Source: Azolla caroliniana (taxonomy: Eukaryota > Plantae > Polypodiophyta). From it: a stretch of DNA of 64,000 bases. Below, piece after piece: positions 26,301 to 39,400 of this stretch (its first letter is position 1; every line of letters starts with the position of its first letter). The translations under genes and the position numbers were made by a program. The notes under the pieces are model-generated. The model did not search any database and had not been told where the DNA came from. It was given only the letters and a program-made list of their open reading frames with translations. The stretch spans positions 10,230,001-10,294,000 of the forward strand of contig JBHGNT010000004.1 of NCBI GenBank assembly GCA_043228905.1. Direction: 5' to 3'.

Positions 26301-26728
26301 GTGGAAAATATTACAACGTCGTTGGAATTCCCATCTACCATTTCGTGCAAAGGTATTCATATGGAGAGTAATGATTGGTGGGCTCCCATTAGGTTCAACC
26401 TTAAAGAGACGAGGACTAGGGTCTGACATTTGTTTCTTTTGCATTGTTCCACTAGAGGATAGTGCACATAGGTTCATTAAATGTCCTATAGCGTGTACCG
26501 TTTGGAAGTACTTATCCGACATTTGGCAAGTTTTAACCCCTTGTTGTTTGAGACCTCAACAATGGGTTTTTTCTCAATATGTTCAAAATGGTTCAAATGA
26601 TCAGATGGAGATATTGTTCCAATTTTTACGATATTGGGGACTACAACACAATTGGAATATGTGTAATGCTTTCATGTTTGATAATAGACATGGGGTGGAA
26701 GCACATATAAAGAAGGTGAAAGTATTCT
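23369..26728 (+). mobile_element. Decayed L1-like LINE ORF2 (RT and zf-RVT-like C-terminus)
   Basis: KSPSWDG, LIKLIPK..WRPISL, QLDLEKAYDHVNW, QGCPLSP, LADD and KVFIWR...C..C....EDSAHRFIKC. Many stops and frameshifts. Confidence 0.9.
25754..26205. mobile_element. Solo LTR (452 bp) inserted in the LINE
   Basis: TGTTACGG...CTAACA with TSD ACAAA (25749-25753 and 26206-26210). Internal TATAAATA. Confidence 0.8.
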
Positions 26729-29700
26729 TGTAAAGAATCAAGAGATGGATTCTTGTGAAGCAGAAGAGATATGAGTTATGTGTGTATATGTGTGAGAGAG
26801 AGAGAGTGAGAGAGACAAGGAGTAAAACATAGAGAATACGCAAGGTTAAGTATATTAACAAAGGAGAAAGACTCAACATTATACAAGGTGGGAGGAGGGT
26901 GCTTTATGTAGTCACCCTCTCTCTTCATTAACTACAAGCCTCATGGAGCATGGGGAATGTGAAAGCTCATAAGTTATGTGTCATAGAATATGATTCTATG
27001 ACTCATACTAAATGCTAGAATACAAAGTGGTGACATAATGGTGACTCTTGACCGTTGGAGTGTCTCTTCACTCTCAAGGTGAGTTCACACACTAGACCAA
27101 GTTGAGCTTGATTCTCAACACGCCCCCTCAAGCTCAAGTCGGGTCGGTTTCATACGGTATCCGAAATCCGCTTCGACTCGCGTTGGCTCGCTTTATGCGG
27201 AGTTGCGGAATCTGTGCTTTAGCTTGCGTTGTGCAAAGTCTGTGCTTCTGCTTGCGTGCGTAGTTGCAAAGTACTCCCCCTCAAGCTTGGCAGATCAGGG
27301 ATCGTCAATCCAAGATCGGTCATGAATTGCCATAGCTTGTCGGCTCCTAAGGCTTTAGTGAAGATGTCGGCCGTTTGAAGATTGGTGCTAATGTGTAGTA
27401 AGTCGACATCGCCAGCCAGAACGCGCTCTCGGATGAAGTGATAATGCACTTTGATGTGCTTTGTCCGCGTGTGGAACACCGGGTTCCGAGCCAGATAGAT
27501 ATTGCTCATGTTGTCGCAGTAAAGGGAAGTCGGATCCTTGATGGGTACGCCCAGATCCTTCAAAATCCTCTTGAGCCATACAGCTTCACACGCAGCTACG
27601 GCTGCGCCCCTGTATTTCGCCTCCGTACTCGAAAGAGCGACGGTGGGTTGCTTCTTGCTACTCCAGGATATTGCTCCGCTGCCGAGGGAGAAAACAAATA
27701 CGGAGGTTGATCTTCTATCGGCTTTGTAGCCGACCCAATCGGCATTTGTGTACCCCTCGAGTCGTATTGGCATCGCGGTCTTGTAGAGGATGCCGCAATC
27801 CATTGTGCTGCTCAAGTATCGTAGAACTCGCTTAGTGCAATCCAAGTGAGTATCACGCGGTGTTTGCATGAATTGGCTAAGGAGACCGACCAGATAACTG
27901 AGATTGGGTCGAGTGATAGTGAGGTAGATTAGACTCCCGATGAGTTGCCGATACTGAGTCGGCTCACACGCTTTGGTGCCGAAGTTCGCATCTAGTTTAA
28001 GATTGCGATCGAGCGGGGTTGCCGCGGATTTGCACTCAGCCATCCCGAACTTGTATAACAAGTTGAGGATGTAGTGCCGTTGAGAGATCATGATTCCGGC
28101 TGGAGTCCGAATTAGCTCGATGCCGAGGAAGTAGTGGAGCTCCTTCATGTCCGTCATCTCGAACTTGTCGGAAAGGAGGGATTTGACTTTATTGATTTCG
28201 ACGAGATGCTCACCTCCAATGACTAGGTCATCCACATATAAAATGATGACGATCGGACTTGCAGAATCGCTTCGTATGTAGAGGGAGTTGTCCGATTTTG
28301 ACATACGGAAGCCAATTTGATGAAGATATTGCGTTATCTTCGAATGCCAAGCACGCGGTGCTTGCTTGAGGCCGTAGAGAGGCTTCTTGAGTCGGCAAAC
28401 CGCTTTCGGATGGGTGCTCGAGTTGAAGCCGGGTGGTTGGATCATGTACACCTCCTCTTCTAATTCGCCTTGTAGAAAGGCGTTCTTGACGTCCATTTGA
28501 TGGAGGTGCCACCCTTTGACCGCGGCAATCGCAATTACGGTTCGCACCGTCGTCATCTTTTCCACCGGGGCAAAGGTCTCTTTGTAGTCGACGCCATGCG
28601 TCTGAGCGTATCCTTTCGCTACGAGTCGAGCTTTGTAGTGGTTTACGGAGCCATCGGCGTTATACTTCACCTTGTAGATCCATCTGCATTCGATCTCCTT
28701 TTTGTGTGGTGAGGTGGGAACGAGATCCCACGTCTCGTTCTTCCATAGTGCCTGCATCTCTTCGTTCATTGCTTCAATCCATCGCGGGTCCTTCGCGGCT
28801 TCCGACAAGGTTTCCGGCTCCCGTACTGTCGCTACCTTCATCATAAAGGCGTAATGGTACGCCATATACTCGTTGTAGCCGAATCGGCTTACGGGGTTCT
28901 TTTCACGAGTGGATCGGCGGAGCTTTTCATTTGCAGAGATGAGGGCTTTCTTAGTTCCGATTGGTACATCGAAGCCGTCGAACTCACTGTCGAGTGAGTG
29001 AGTCGATTCATCGTCGTCGAGGCGATCGTCTTCATATTCCGCCATTTTCGCCTTGCCTTTGTCCATCGTCGGGCTAGGCCGTGATGTGCTTTGATCGCTC
29101 AAAGGCTCTTGTGGTCCGCTCAGTCGGGTCGTGATCGGACTTTCTTCGATCATGCGCGTAGGGCGATCTTCATCCTCGATCTCTTGTTCGGCAAATTCCG
29201 GGTCGAGCAGAGGCGAAGTTGTCTCTGGTGCGTACCAGGAGGCGGACTCGTCAAAAACGACGTTTCGACTTACTCGAGATTTTCGAGTTGAGGGGTTGTA
29301 GCACTTGTACCCCTTTTGTTCAAGTGAGTATCCTATGAGGATACATTTCTCCGACTTCGGGTCAAGCTTTTGATGCTTCTCGTCGGGGATGTGCACGTAT
29401 GCTATCGTGCCGAATATCCGGATATGCAATAAGTCTGGCTTCCTTCCGAAGTATTTTTCGTGCGGAGTGACCTCGTGCACGCCAGATGTTGTGCACCGGT
29501 TCATTAGGTAGACTGCCGTATTTGCAGCTTCGGCCCAATATGACTTGGGCATATGCTTCTCGTTCATCATGGCCCGTGCTACTTCGAGGATGTGCCGATT
29601 TTTGCGCTCGGCTACTCCGTTTTGTTGCGGAGTGTGTCGGCAAGTGAATTCTCGCCGAATTCCTTCCTTTCAGAGATACGCCGTGAAATCGTCTGAGAAG

Positions 29701-32124
29701 TACTCCTTGCTGCCATCCGATCGAAGGGATTGTACATGTCGGCCCGTAGCTTTCTCGACTTCATTCTTGAACTTTTGGAAGTGTCCGAACACTTCGCTCT
29801 TTTGCCGCATCGGATAGATCCAAGTGTGCCTAGAAAAGTCGTCGATGAAGAGCACGTAATATCGGCATCCGCCGAATGTCGCCGTTTGGGCCGGACCCCA
29901 TACATTGGAATGAATTACGTCGAGTATGCCTTTGCTCACATTCCACTCCTTCGGGAATGGGTGTCGGTGTTGCTTGCCAAATTGGCACGCTTCGCATACA
30001 CCTTCAATCTCCTTCTCTTTGAATGTCGGGAGTCCGATAATGACTCCTTTCGATTTCATTGCTTTGAGTTTGTTGAGATTGATGTGGCCGATTCGTTTAT
30101 GCCATAGCTCCATGTCGGAGTCGGCTTTCGTGCTTTTCGCGAACATGGCGGATTTCATCTCGTGCGAATCGAGAATGAACATCCGGCCCTCTCTTCTTCC
30201 GCGTGCGATGATTCGGCCTTCTTTTTCGATGAAGCAGCCTTCTTGGTCGAATCGTACTTGCATCCCTTGCTTATCCATTTGGCTGACCGAGACCAAATTC
30301 TTTGCGATGGTGGGAACATGCAAGACATTTTTAATGTATGTTTTCTTACCTCTTTCGCCAAACGAAACATTGCCGATGTGCCGAATCGGGTGCGTAGTGT
30401 CATCTCCGGTTTTGACAAAACCGGGTCGCTCCGGCTCTCAAAGTTCGAGAAACCATTCTTTGTGGGATGTCATATGGTTTGAGGCCCCGAAGTCAACAAA
30501 CCATACGTCGTCCGGATTGAGAGCACTAGTTGAGGTAGAGGCCGACATAGAGTTTGCTCTATGTTTCATCATGAACATTCCGCCACGGTCGGAGTTGTAT
30601 ACGTACATTCCGCCACAATCCTCGTAGTCGGAGTTGTGCCTATACATTCCGCTATACTCTTCGTAGTCGGAATTGTGCACGTAATTCGTGAGTTGTCGGC
30701 TTGTGGAAGCCGATTCGCGCATCTTCTTTCGGCACTCTTCTTCGTGGTGGCCGAGCTTTCCGCAATATCTGCATTCGGTTGCGTTTTGACGGCTCAGGCT
30801 GGAGTGGAAGCTCCCCCTTCTTGCGAAGGTTCCTCGTTGGCCTCCGTTTTGCGGCCGAAATTGGGAGTTGTTGTCGTAGGTCGAACCTCGTCCGTCGTGT
30901 CCTTGGCCGAATCGGCCTCTCGCTCATCTGTGTCCTCTTCCTCCATTAGAGTGTGTGTAGAGCATGTGGCCTTCCGACTCATTGCTCCTCGTACACACGT
31001 GGTTTTCTTCGACCAATAGCATTGATTGGAGCTCGAAGAAGGAGGGAGATTTCTCCCGTGCTAGAACGGCGGTTCGCATCGCCGCCGAACCATGGTGCGA
31101 GGCCGTCAAGGCATATTTGAACCATCTCATCATCCTCTATACTTACGCTTATTGAGCCGAGCAAGTCGCAAAGCTCCTTGATCTTCAAGGTGTATGTCGT
31201 GATGGACATGTCCCTTTGTTGAATGTTGTTCAACTCTTGGCAGAGGTGAAGCTTCCTTGTGGTCGTGTTGGCGGCGAAAATCTTTCGTAGATTTTCCCAC
31301 GCTTCCTTCGGCGTCTTGGCTTCTCGAATGTAACCGAGCATGTGGTCGTGAACACATGTCGCCAAGCAATACATCACGCGGCTTGTGGCTTGCGGCTTGC
31401 TCCCATGTCGCGTATCTAGGAGCCGCTTCGGCGGGTTGGTCTTCATGCACTCCTTTGATGTAGCTCCAATAGCCTTGTCCGACAAGGTATTGGTGCATCT
31501 TGTACTCCCAAGATGCGAAGTTGTTTCGATCCAACTTCTCGGTAGGGAGAGCGCTCCCCATTTGAGTATTCATTATGTCGATTCTTCTTCTTCTTCTTCT
31601 CTCTTTGAATGCGAGCTATGTAGCAACGCTACGATAACTATGAGCCGGTTCTTGGTCGTCGGCGTAGAGCACAACACACGATCACAATGAGGCGAATGAG
31701 CTAGATCGAGCTACCAAATCGCTCTGATACCATGTAAAGAATCAAGAGATGGATACTTGTGAAGCGGAAGAGATATGAGTTATGTGTGTATATGTGTGTG
31801 AGAGAGAGAGTAAGAGAGACAAGGAGTAAAACACAGAGAATACGCAAGGTTAAGTATATTAACAAAGGAGAAAGACTCAACATTATACAAGGTGGGAGGA
31901 GGGTGCTTTATGTAGTCACCCTCTCTCTTCATTAAGTACAAGCCTCATGGAGCATGGGGAATGTGAAAGCTCATAAGTTATGTGTCATAGAATATGATTC
32001 TATAACTCATACTAAATGCTAGAATACAAAGTGGTGACATAATGGTGACTCTTGACCGTTGGAGTGTCTCTTCACTCTCAAAGTGAGTTCACACACTAGA
32101 CCAAGTTGAGCTTAATTCTCAACA
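26729..32124 (-). mobile_element. Copia-C: full-length Ty1/Copia of a second lineage (392-bp LTRs at 26729-27120 and 31733-32124)
   Basis: TSD ATTCT (26724-26728 and 32125-32129). PBS TGGTATCAGAGC abuts the 5' LTR. gag from 31573, PR WFVDFGASNHMT, IN, and RT-RH ORF 27219-29570. The LTRs differ at roughly 10 positions. Confidence 0.96.
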
Positions 32125-33089
32125 ATTCTCGTGTAGAATTTTTGGTTGATAGAGCATGTGAGGATCATTTCCTCAAATGCACATTCAAGTTTTTGTAATG
32201 GCATTACAAGACGTCCTTCTCCCTACATATATAGGCATATATATGATAGGTAGAGGACTCTAAGAAGTGTTGTAACTAAGTGGATTTTACATACAATTAA
32301 TATAATTGTGTGCTTTTTACCAAGAGAGAAAGGTTTGATTGATTGTTAGATTTGGAGATTTGGCAAGTTTTGTCAGTCACTCACTTGTGGCCAACCATTG
32401 CTTAGTACTAAGTAATAGTAGTCAGTGTTGGCCAAAGTCCCAAGAACAATTTCAGTGTTCCGGTTGGGTTGGGACATTTGCCGGTCTAGGTGCGGGGGAG
32501 CCGGAACTAATTACGACTAGAATTTCCCCAAAACCGGAATCTAACCGGTTAATTTTTTGTAACCAACTATTTATGCATTTTTTTTAAAAATAATGTTATA
32601 AAAACAAATTTCCCTCTTTCCCCCTCTTTCGGTGTGTTTTTCCCTATCTGTTTTCCCCCTCTCCCCCCACTCTCGAATCCCTCATTTCCCCCTCTTTCTC
32701 CTCTTTTCCCTCTTATTTCCTGTTTGTCTATATTACCTCTTCTCGTTTGTCAGTGCCTTCGACTCGAGAGTCGAGAGTCGAGACTTGACAATCCATACAC
32801 AGGCAATCCCATATATTATAAATTGTGTACATGTATTGACATCAATCTAAACATTCGATGGCGACTTGATTGATGCTGACAAATCCTCTATTGGTTATGA
32901 AGAAGAAAAAACTATGGAGGTAGGGTATGATGCATTATTTAATTAATTAATGTTAATTTAGTTAATAACTAATCTCTATATAAAAATAATTAGAAAACAA
33001 AGAGAGAGAGAGAGAGAGAGAGAGACTCCTTTTGCTCAATAGTTTTCCGAGTGTGTAGCAATTGTAGGAAGGAGCGAGCTTCCGCAGCA

Positions 33090-33665
33090 ATGGCGGCCTT
33101 AAAGAGAGCCATGGCAAGTCTTACATCTGAACGAATTGAAGGTCTAAGGTGGAGACTCTTTGACGCGAAAGGACAGGTTCTTGGACGTCTAGCATCATAG
33201 ATTAATGTGGTTTTACAAGGGAAAGATAAGCCTACATACACGCCTCATATTGAAAAAGGAGACATTTGTGTTGCAGTAAATGCTAATGAGGTTGCATTTA
33301 CTGGAAGAAAATTGACTAATAAGTTCTATCGTTGGCATATTGGTTATGTAGGTCACCTGAAGGAGAGGAGTTTGACAGAGCAGATGCGAAGAGATCCTAC
33401 TAAAGTTATTCGTAAAGTTGTATTCCATATGCTTCCCAAGAATAGGCTACAAGATGATAGGGCAAGAAAGCTGTGAATGTTTGTGGATGATAAGCATCCA
33501 TTTGCTTACAAGCCCTTGCAGCCTTACATAATGCCCCCTCTGAATGTGAGTGAGCTCAAAGCTCGTCCTAGATGAGCATCAGAACGCGCTCAGAAAAAGG
33601 TTGCAAATAGGGAAGCAAAGCTTGCATTGCTTGAGCAAAACAATTCTAGCAAAACACTAACTTGA
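33090..33665 (+). pseudogene. RPL13: Intronless (probably processed) pseudogene of nuclear-encoded mitochondrial ribosomal protein uL13
   Basis: One frame reads MAALKRAMA...[34 protein letters not shown]...RWHIGYVGHLKERSL...MLPKNRL..DRARKL*MF...HPF. In-frame stops at 33198, 33474 and 33573. No introns. Confidence 0.9.
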
Positions 33666-33930
33666 CATGACATTTTCCTATATCACATTCCTTGAATAAT
33701 TTGAGGTGGGATATTCTTGATGTTTACCTTTATGTTATAGTTGCCAGAAATTTAATATATGTAGTAGTCAGCTATAGTGATATACATCATGATGAATTTG
33801 AATGATTCTTCTTTATCCATGAGTTTCAATTATTTGGTTATTACAAAGAACATCAAAGGTCAGTTGATTTGGTCCTTTCCAGGGTCTATATAAATCAAAA
33901 ACATATTTGTTGGAAAGAGATTTGACTTAA

Positions 33931-33964
<34 letters not shown>

Positions 33965-35375
33965 CTTAGTTGGCTTCCCCTATTGTTGGATACGACAAGC
34001 TTTTGTGTACATATATACATATTCATAACAACCTTTTGTAAAGATATAAGAAGCACAAATAATCAATTTATTGATAATACAAATCTATTTGGCAGACAAA
34101 AGAGCTCTAAAGCAAAAGGTGAGTGACTGAGAGAGGCTATAAGCATTAATAAATCTCTTTCCACACTTGGGTAAGGAAATCCCTTATTCTACGGTGTTAC
34201 ATTAAATGTGCACTTTGTTTCATAAGTTATCAAATATAATTGTCATTCCAGTTTAGTTATCATGGTGTTGGTGGGCATTGCACATGGAGAACAATGCCAT
34301 GTACCCTAACGGGATTCCAAACTCACATTCTTACTTCAAGTAAGTTACTATCTAAGTCTACCTAGATTATTAGGACATGAAAATTTATAGTTGATGATGA
34401 TTCAAAGAGGGATTTTTAATAAAAGATTCTTTGGGTGGTAACTCGAAAACAACCATTATTGCTATAGTGAACCCATCTATCTTGTAAGTCTAGCAAGAAA
34501 TCTTGTTTAACAATTTTGTTCAGCCTCACAAACTAACATAGAAACTAGTTGACAGTTATTACCAACCTCAAACCTGTTGATTTGTTGTAAGTGGGCTAAC
34601 ATTGGTAACCTCTCTTTATTACAGGTGTGCCAATGAGACATGAGCACATTGAAATTTGCACAGCGGGCGTAGTTCATCCAAAACAATGTATGGTTGTAAT
34701 ACTTCTAGTTTTATGGATACAAAACATGTGCTAATTGGCAATGTCAGTGGTTGCTCAAAGCTATATAAAAGTATGGTTTGTTCCTTTTTCCCATTGCAGA
34801 GCTCAATGAATTCGCAAAGCTAGAGTGATTGATAGAAAAACTAGATAAGGCCAGGAAACAATTGATAGGCCTTAAACAACCATTATTGGATAAACAAAAG
34901 CGTTTCAAACATTCTGATTTTGAGTATGGATAACCAAAGTACCAAATGCCATGATTTTTTCCTTGGATAGGAGAGCCTAATTTCCTAGAAATGTATCTGA
35001 ACATTGTAAACAACTTAGATATCGACGAGATATGAATAGTATTGAAGTTTGAAATATTTGTGAGTTGCCAATAACATCCAATATTGAGCCTCAGAATCAA
35101 ATCTTTAGCCATCACGACGGTAAATGGTTCATTAAGAAAACATAAGCCATAAAGGCTTGTGAATTTGATTAAGATGTTTCATCAGTTTGATATAATTGGA
35201 TGTGCCAAAACAAAATTTGCTATGTGCCAAAAAAAACATTTTTTGAACATGTTCCGGTTGACATTATCACTCGTAGGAAAGTGGCTGGTTAAAATTTTTA
35301 ATTTCCAGTTAGGATCATAAGCAACAGGAAAATTTCCAGTAGGCACTAGAAACTTTGCCCAACACTCGTAGTAGT

Positions 35376-35466
35376 AGTAGTAGTAATAGTAATAGTAGTA
35401 GTGTTTGTGGACACGCAAAGTTTAGTATTAATAGAAGTGTGTGTTTTTCACTTATACATACATACA

Positions 35467-35551
<85 letters not shown>

Positions 35552-35570
35552 TGTATACATATACATATAC
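35376..35570. repeat. Microsatellite cluster (TAG/TAA)n, (TACA)n, (TA)n
   Basis: Seen directly. Confidence 0.95.
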
Positions 35571-35714
35571 GCAGAGACAACGACGTTTCTATTTGCTACC
35601 AAATAATAATTAGGCTTGGTGAGGAAATCTCGGACATGGACGGTGCAAAGACATTTTGAATGGCGTGTGCGATCTACACCGTTCGATCTCTGTCTATAAA
35701 AAGTGCGTGCTTAA

Positions 35715-35900
35715 AACCTCACTCGGGTTTGACGAGCCCCTGTCACATCTAACCCGGGGAATGTAATTATCGAAGCCTAACCCAGAGTCTTCACCTAACC
35801 CGGGCCTTAAGATCCTATAATCCTAACCCACAGTCCTTTCACCTAACCCGGGCCTTATAATCCAATTGTCCTAACCTGGTCCTTCAAACCTAACCCGGGC
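35715..35900. repeat. Left subterminal repeats of the TIR element (motif CTAACCCGGG)
   Basis: About 8 spaced, partly degenerate copies of (C)CTAACCC(GGG). Confidence 0.8.
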
Positions 35901-36452
35901 ACAACTCCAACAAGATTAAAACCCTACATAAATTCTTTTTCCCCAAATTTTCAAAATTTGAAACCTACACCTGCATTTGCAAGTGCATTAGAACCAAAAG
36001 CTACCCCCGCACCTACATCAGAATAGCTACTGGATACACTTTAAGATACATTCTTTCCCTCTTTTCTCTCTTTGCCTCTCTATCGTTATTAGGCATCCAA
36101 GACTCTATGCATATGATCTTTCATCTTAGTTGAAAAATTGAAAAACATTGATCATCATATGTCTTTCCTACCATTAACAACTATGCCCCGTCTCTTATGC
36201 ATTTGGTATGCTATTTATTTCTAAATCGTATATCTACTAGCAAATATATGTGGTTGATTATATAACTAGTTATAAATTATTGTTCTAAAAAATTAGAACA
36301 TATGGTATATTTTGCTTTTGGATGGTCATTTTATAGAGTTGCTTGGCTATGGATGAGGAACATATTTTTTGTCATAGCCCTATGATGTTTTCAAATCCAA
36401 TTTTTTTTGTCATGTAACATTTTCAAAGGCCTTAGATGGATGGATTGCCATC

Positions 36453-39400
36453 TGTCAGAACCAAGGATAAAAGATAGAGTGATGGAAGAAGGATAGAGAG
36501 GAATGGATGTATAAGATAGAGAAAGAAAGAGAATGGATACAAGATATGTAATGAGAGCTAAAGACTAGTGTTGATTCGAATTGATTTGAGAATACATGTA
36601 TACGCTTATTTATAGGTTCCTATAGAATAGCTTAGAGATTTCTAGAATGTTCTAGAATGTTCTAGACCTAGAATGCTCTAGAATAGCAGCTACCTCGTAT
36701 TCGGGGCCGTCCACAAGTTGTACAGAAGGCGGTGGTGGCACGACACGATCAGGAATTAAAGAGGTGTGGCAAGGTTCCAAAAGAGAGCTATGAAAGACAG
36801 GGTGAAGCCGCATATGTGCAGGAAGGTTAAGACGAAATGTTGCATCATTAATCTGCGTCGTGATGACAAAAGGACCTAAGCGTTGATAGTCAAGCTTAGC
36901 ACACGGTCGGGTAGTCTTGATGTGACGACGAAGCAACCATACACGGTCACCAACCTTAAACGGAGACTTAAGACGATGTCGATCGGCATTGGTCTTATGG
37001 TGTGCTTGCGCTTTCTGAAGATGTGACGATAACTCGAACTGGATTTGTTGTAGTCGGTGGAGGTGATGCGCCGCACTAGGGTTTCGTGACACCTCGGGAA
37101 GATCCAGTATACACCATCGAGGGTGGTTGCCGGTGTAGGCAAAGAAAGGTGTAACTTTGGTAGAAGAGTGGACCGTGTTGTTGTATGCAAACTCAGCAAG
37201 ATGTAAAATTTTACTCCAATCATCTTGTTGATAACTAATGAAACATCGAAGATATTGCTCAAGCGTTTGATTTGTGCGCTATGTTTGTCCGTCAGTTTGT
37301 GGATGATAAGCCAAAGAGAGTTTGCAAGAGATTTTGAGGCCTGCCCATAGGTGCTTCCAAAAGTGTGAGATAAATTGAGGACCTCGATTGCTAATAATAT
37401 CATTCGGGAGACCATGATGGCGAAACACTTCACGCATAATGAGATCTGCAGTTTCTTCACTATTGATGGTCTTTACACATGGTACAAAATGTGCCATCTT
37501 GGTGAACCGATCCACTACTGTTAAAATAGTATCAAAGCCTTTGGAAGGTGGCAGATCCGTAATGAAATCCATAGAAATAGATTGCCATGGCTTGTTGGGA
37601 GGGGGTAATGGTTGTAGTAAGCCATAAGGGTGATGCCAGGGTATTTTGGCGCAACAGCAGGTGTCACAAGTGCGAACATAATCTTCGACAAATTTTTGCA
37701 AGTGAGGCCACCAAAACAAACGTTTCACCAGCTCAATGGTCTTAGAAATACCAAAATGTCTAGCCATGGGGGCATCATGACAGTGTTCCAACACTTGAAG
37801 TTGGGGTGATCCGTCGGGGACGTAAAGGAGATTCTTGTAGAAGAGTAAACCATCTTGCCACTTGAAGTCCTTATAATGTTGAGATGACCCTGGCAATGTG
37901 GAGCAAGATGGACAACTTGAACCACAGTGGGCTAAGACATCCTTAGCAAAATCATCCGAATGAAGTTGTTGCCGAATAGTGTCAAGAAGGGTAGAATCAA
38001 GTGGTGTGGCATAAATTGTTGTTACTTGTAGCTTTGATGGCCCGAGGAGAGTTTGCTTTTGATTGTCAAAGGCCGGATCTCCAGGTCGAAGTGCTAGATA
38101 CGAACACCGAGACAAAGCATCTGCTTTCCCTTGTTTTCTGGGGCGAAAAATGATCTTGAAATTGAAACGCGTTAGAAATTGGGCCCACCGAGCTTGTCGT
38201 CTATTTAATACTCGAGCTGTTTGAAAATATGTGAGATTTTTGTGATCACTATAAATGATAATCTGATGAGGTGATCCTTCTAGAAAATGACGCCATTGCT
38301 CGAATGAGTCGACCACAGCTAGTAACTCCTTGTCATGCACCTCATAGTTTATCTCCGAAACAGTAAACTTTCTCGAGTGAAACGCGACTGGATGTATCTG
38401 CCCGTCCTCGCCTGGTTGCGATAGGATACTCCCCAATGCAAAGTCTGATGCATCCGCCTCAATAGTAAATGGCTTTTCAGGATGGGTGCTGATGTGAATG
38501 CCTCTTTTAGCTGCATAAAAGCCTTGTCCGCTTCGATACTCCAAAAAAATGCTTGATTTTTCTTGGTGAGTTGAGTAAGGGGTAACACAATGCTTGAATA
38601 ATTATGTATGAATTTGCGATAGAAGTTCGCAAATCCGAGGAAACACTGGACATCCCGAACTGAGCATGGGGGTTTCCATTCCAATATTGTTTGGACTTTT
38701 GCCGGGTCCATGAAAACACCCTGGGATGAAATAGTGTATCCCAAAAATTCGACTTGTTTGCAATCAAAACTGCATTTCTCAAGTTTGGCGTAAAGACCAT
38801 ACTTCCTTAGGCGTTCAAGTACTTGCCGCACATGTATATCATGCTCCCCCTGTGTTTTAGAGTAAATCAATAGATCATCTAGGTAGATGATTAGAAAAAT
38901 ATCCAAGAAATCCCGGAAGATGTCATTTGCCATATGTTGGAATACGGCAGGTGCATTTGTGAGCCCGAAAGGCATGACTGTATACTCGAAATGACCATAC
39001 CGAGTACGAAATGTTGTTTTCCACTCATCTCCTGGCCGAATTCGAACAAGATTATATGCACCCCTTAGATCAATTTTGGTAAAATGCTTTGCCCCACCAA
39101 TGCGTTCTAAGAGATTGGAGATTAAAGGTAAAGCATACCTATTCCTTATGGTGACTTTATTTAAGCCTCGATAGTCCACGACCAAACGAAGGGAGTCGTC
39201 CTTTTTCTTCACAAAAAAGATAGGAGCACCAGATGGAGACTTTGAATGTCGAATAAACCCATGTGCAAGATTTTCCTCGATGTATTCTCGAAGAACCTCA
39301 AGCTCAGTGGGTGATAAATTGTAAATCGGACCCCACGGAGGCTCTTTTCCTGGTTGGAGATCAATAGGACAGTCGTACGGTCGATGCTTTGGAAGAACAC

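Noticed and set aside
33090-33665. Stops repairable by U-to-C RNA editing, making uL13 functional
   Set aside because: U-to-C editing is organellar and this is nuclear context. G>A changes accompany the C>T changes, and neighbouring transposons show the same stop pattern, which points to DNA deamination.
35182-35659. Tyr/Ile/His-rich short ORFs
   Set aside because: Translations of microsatellites.
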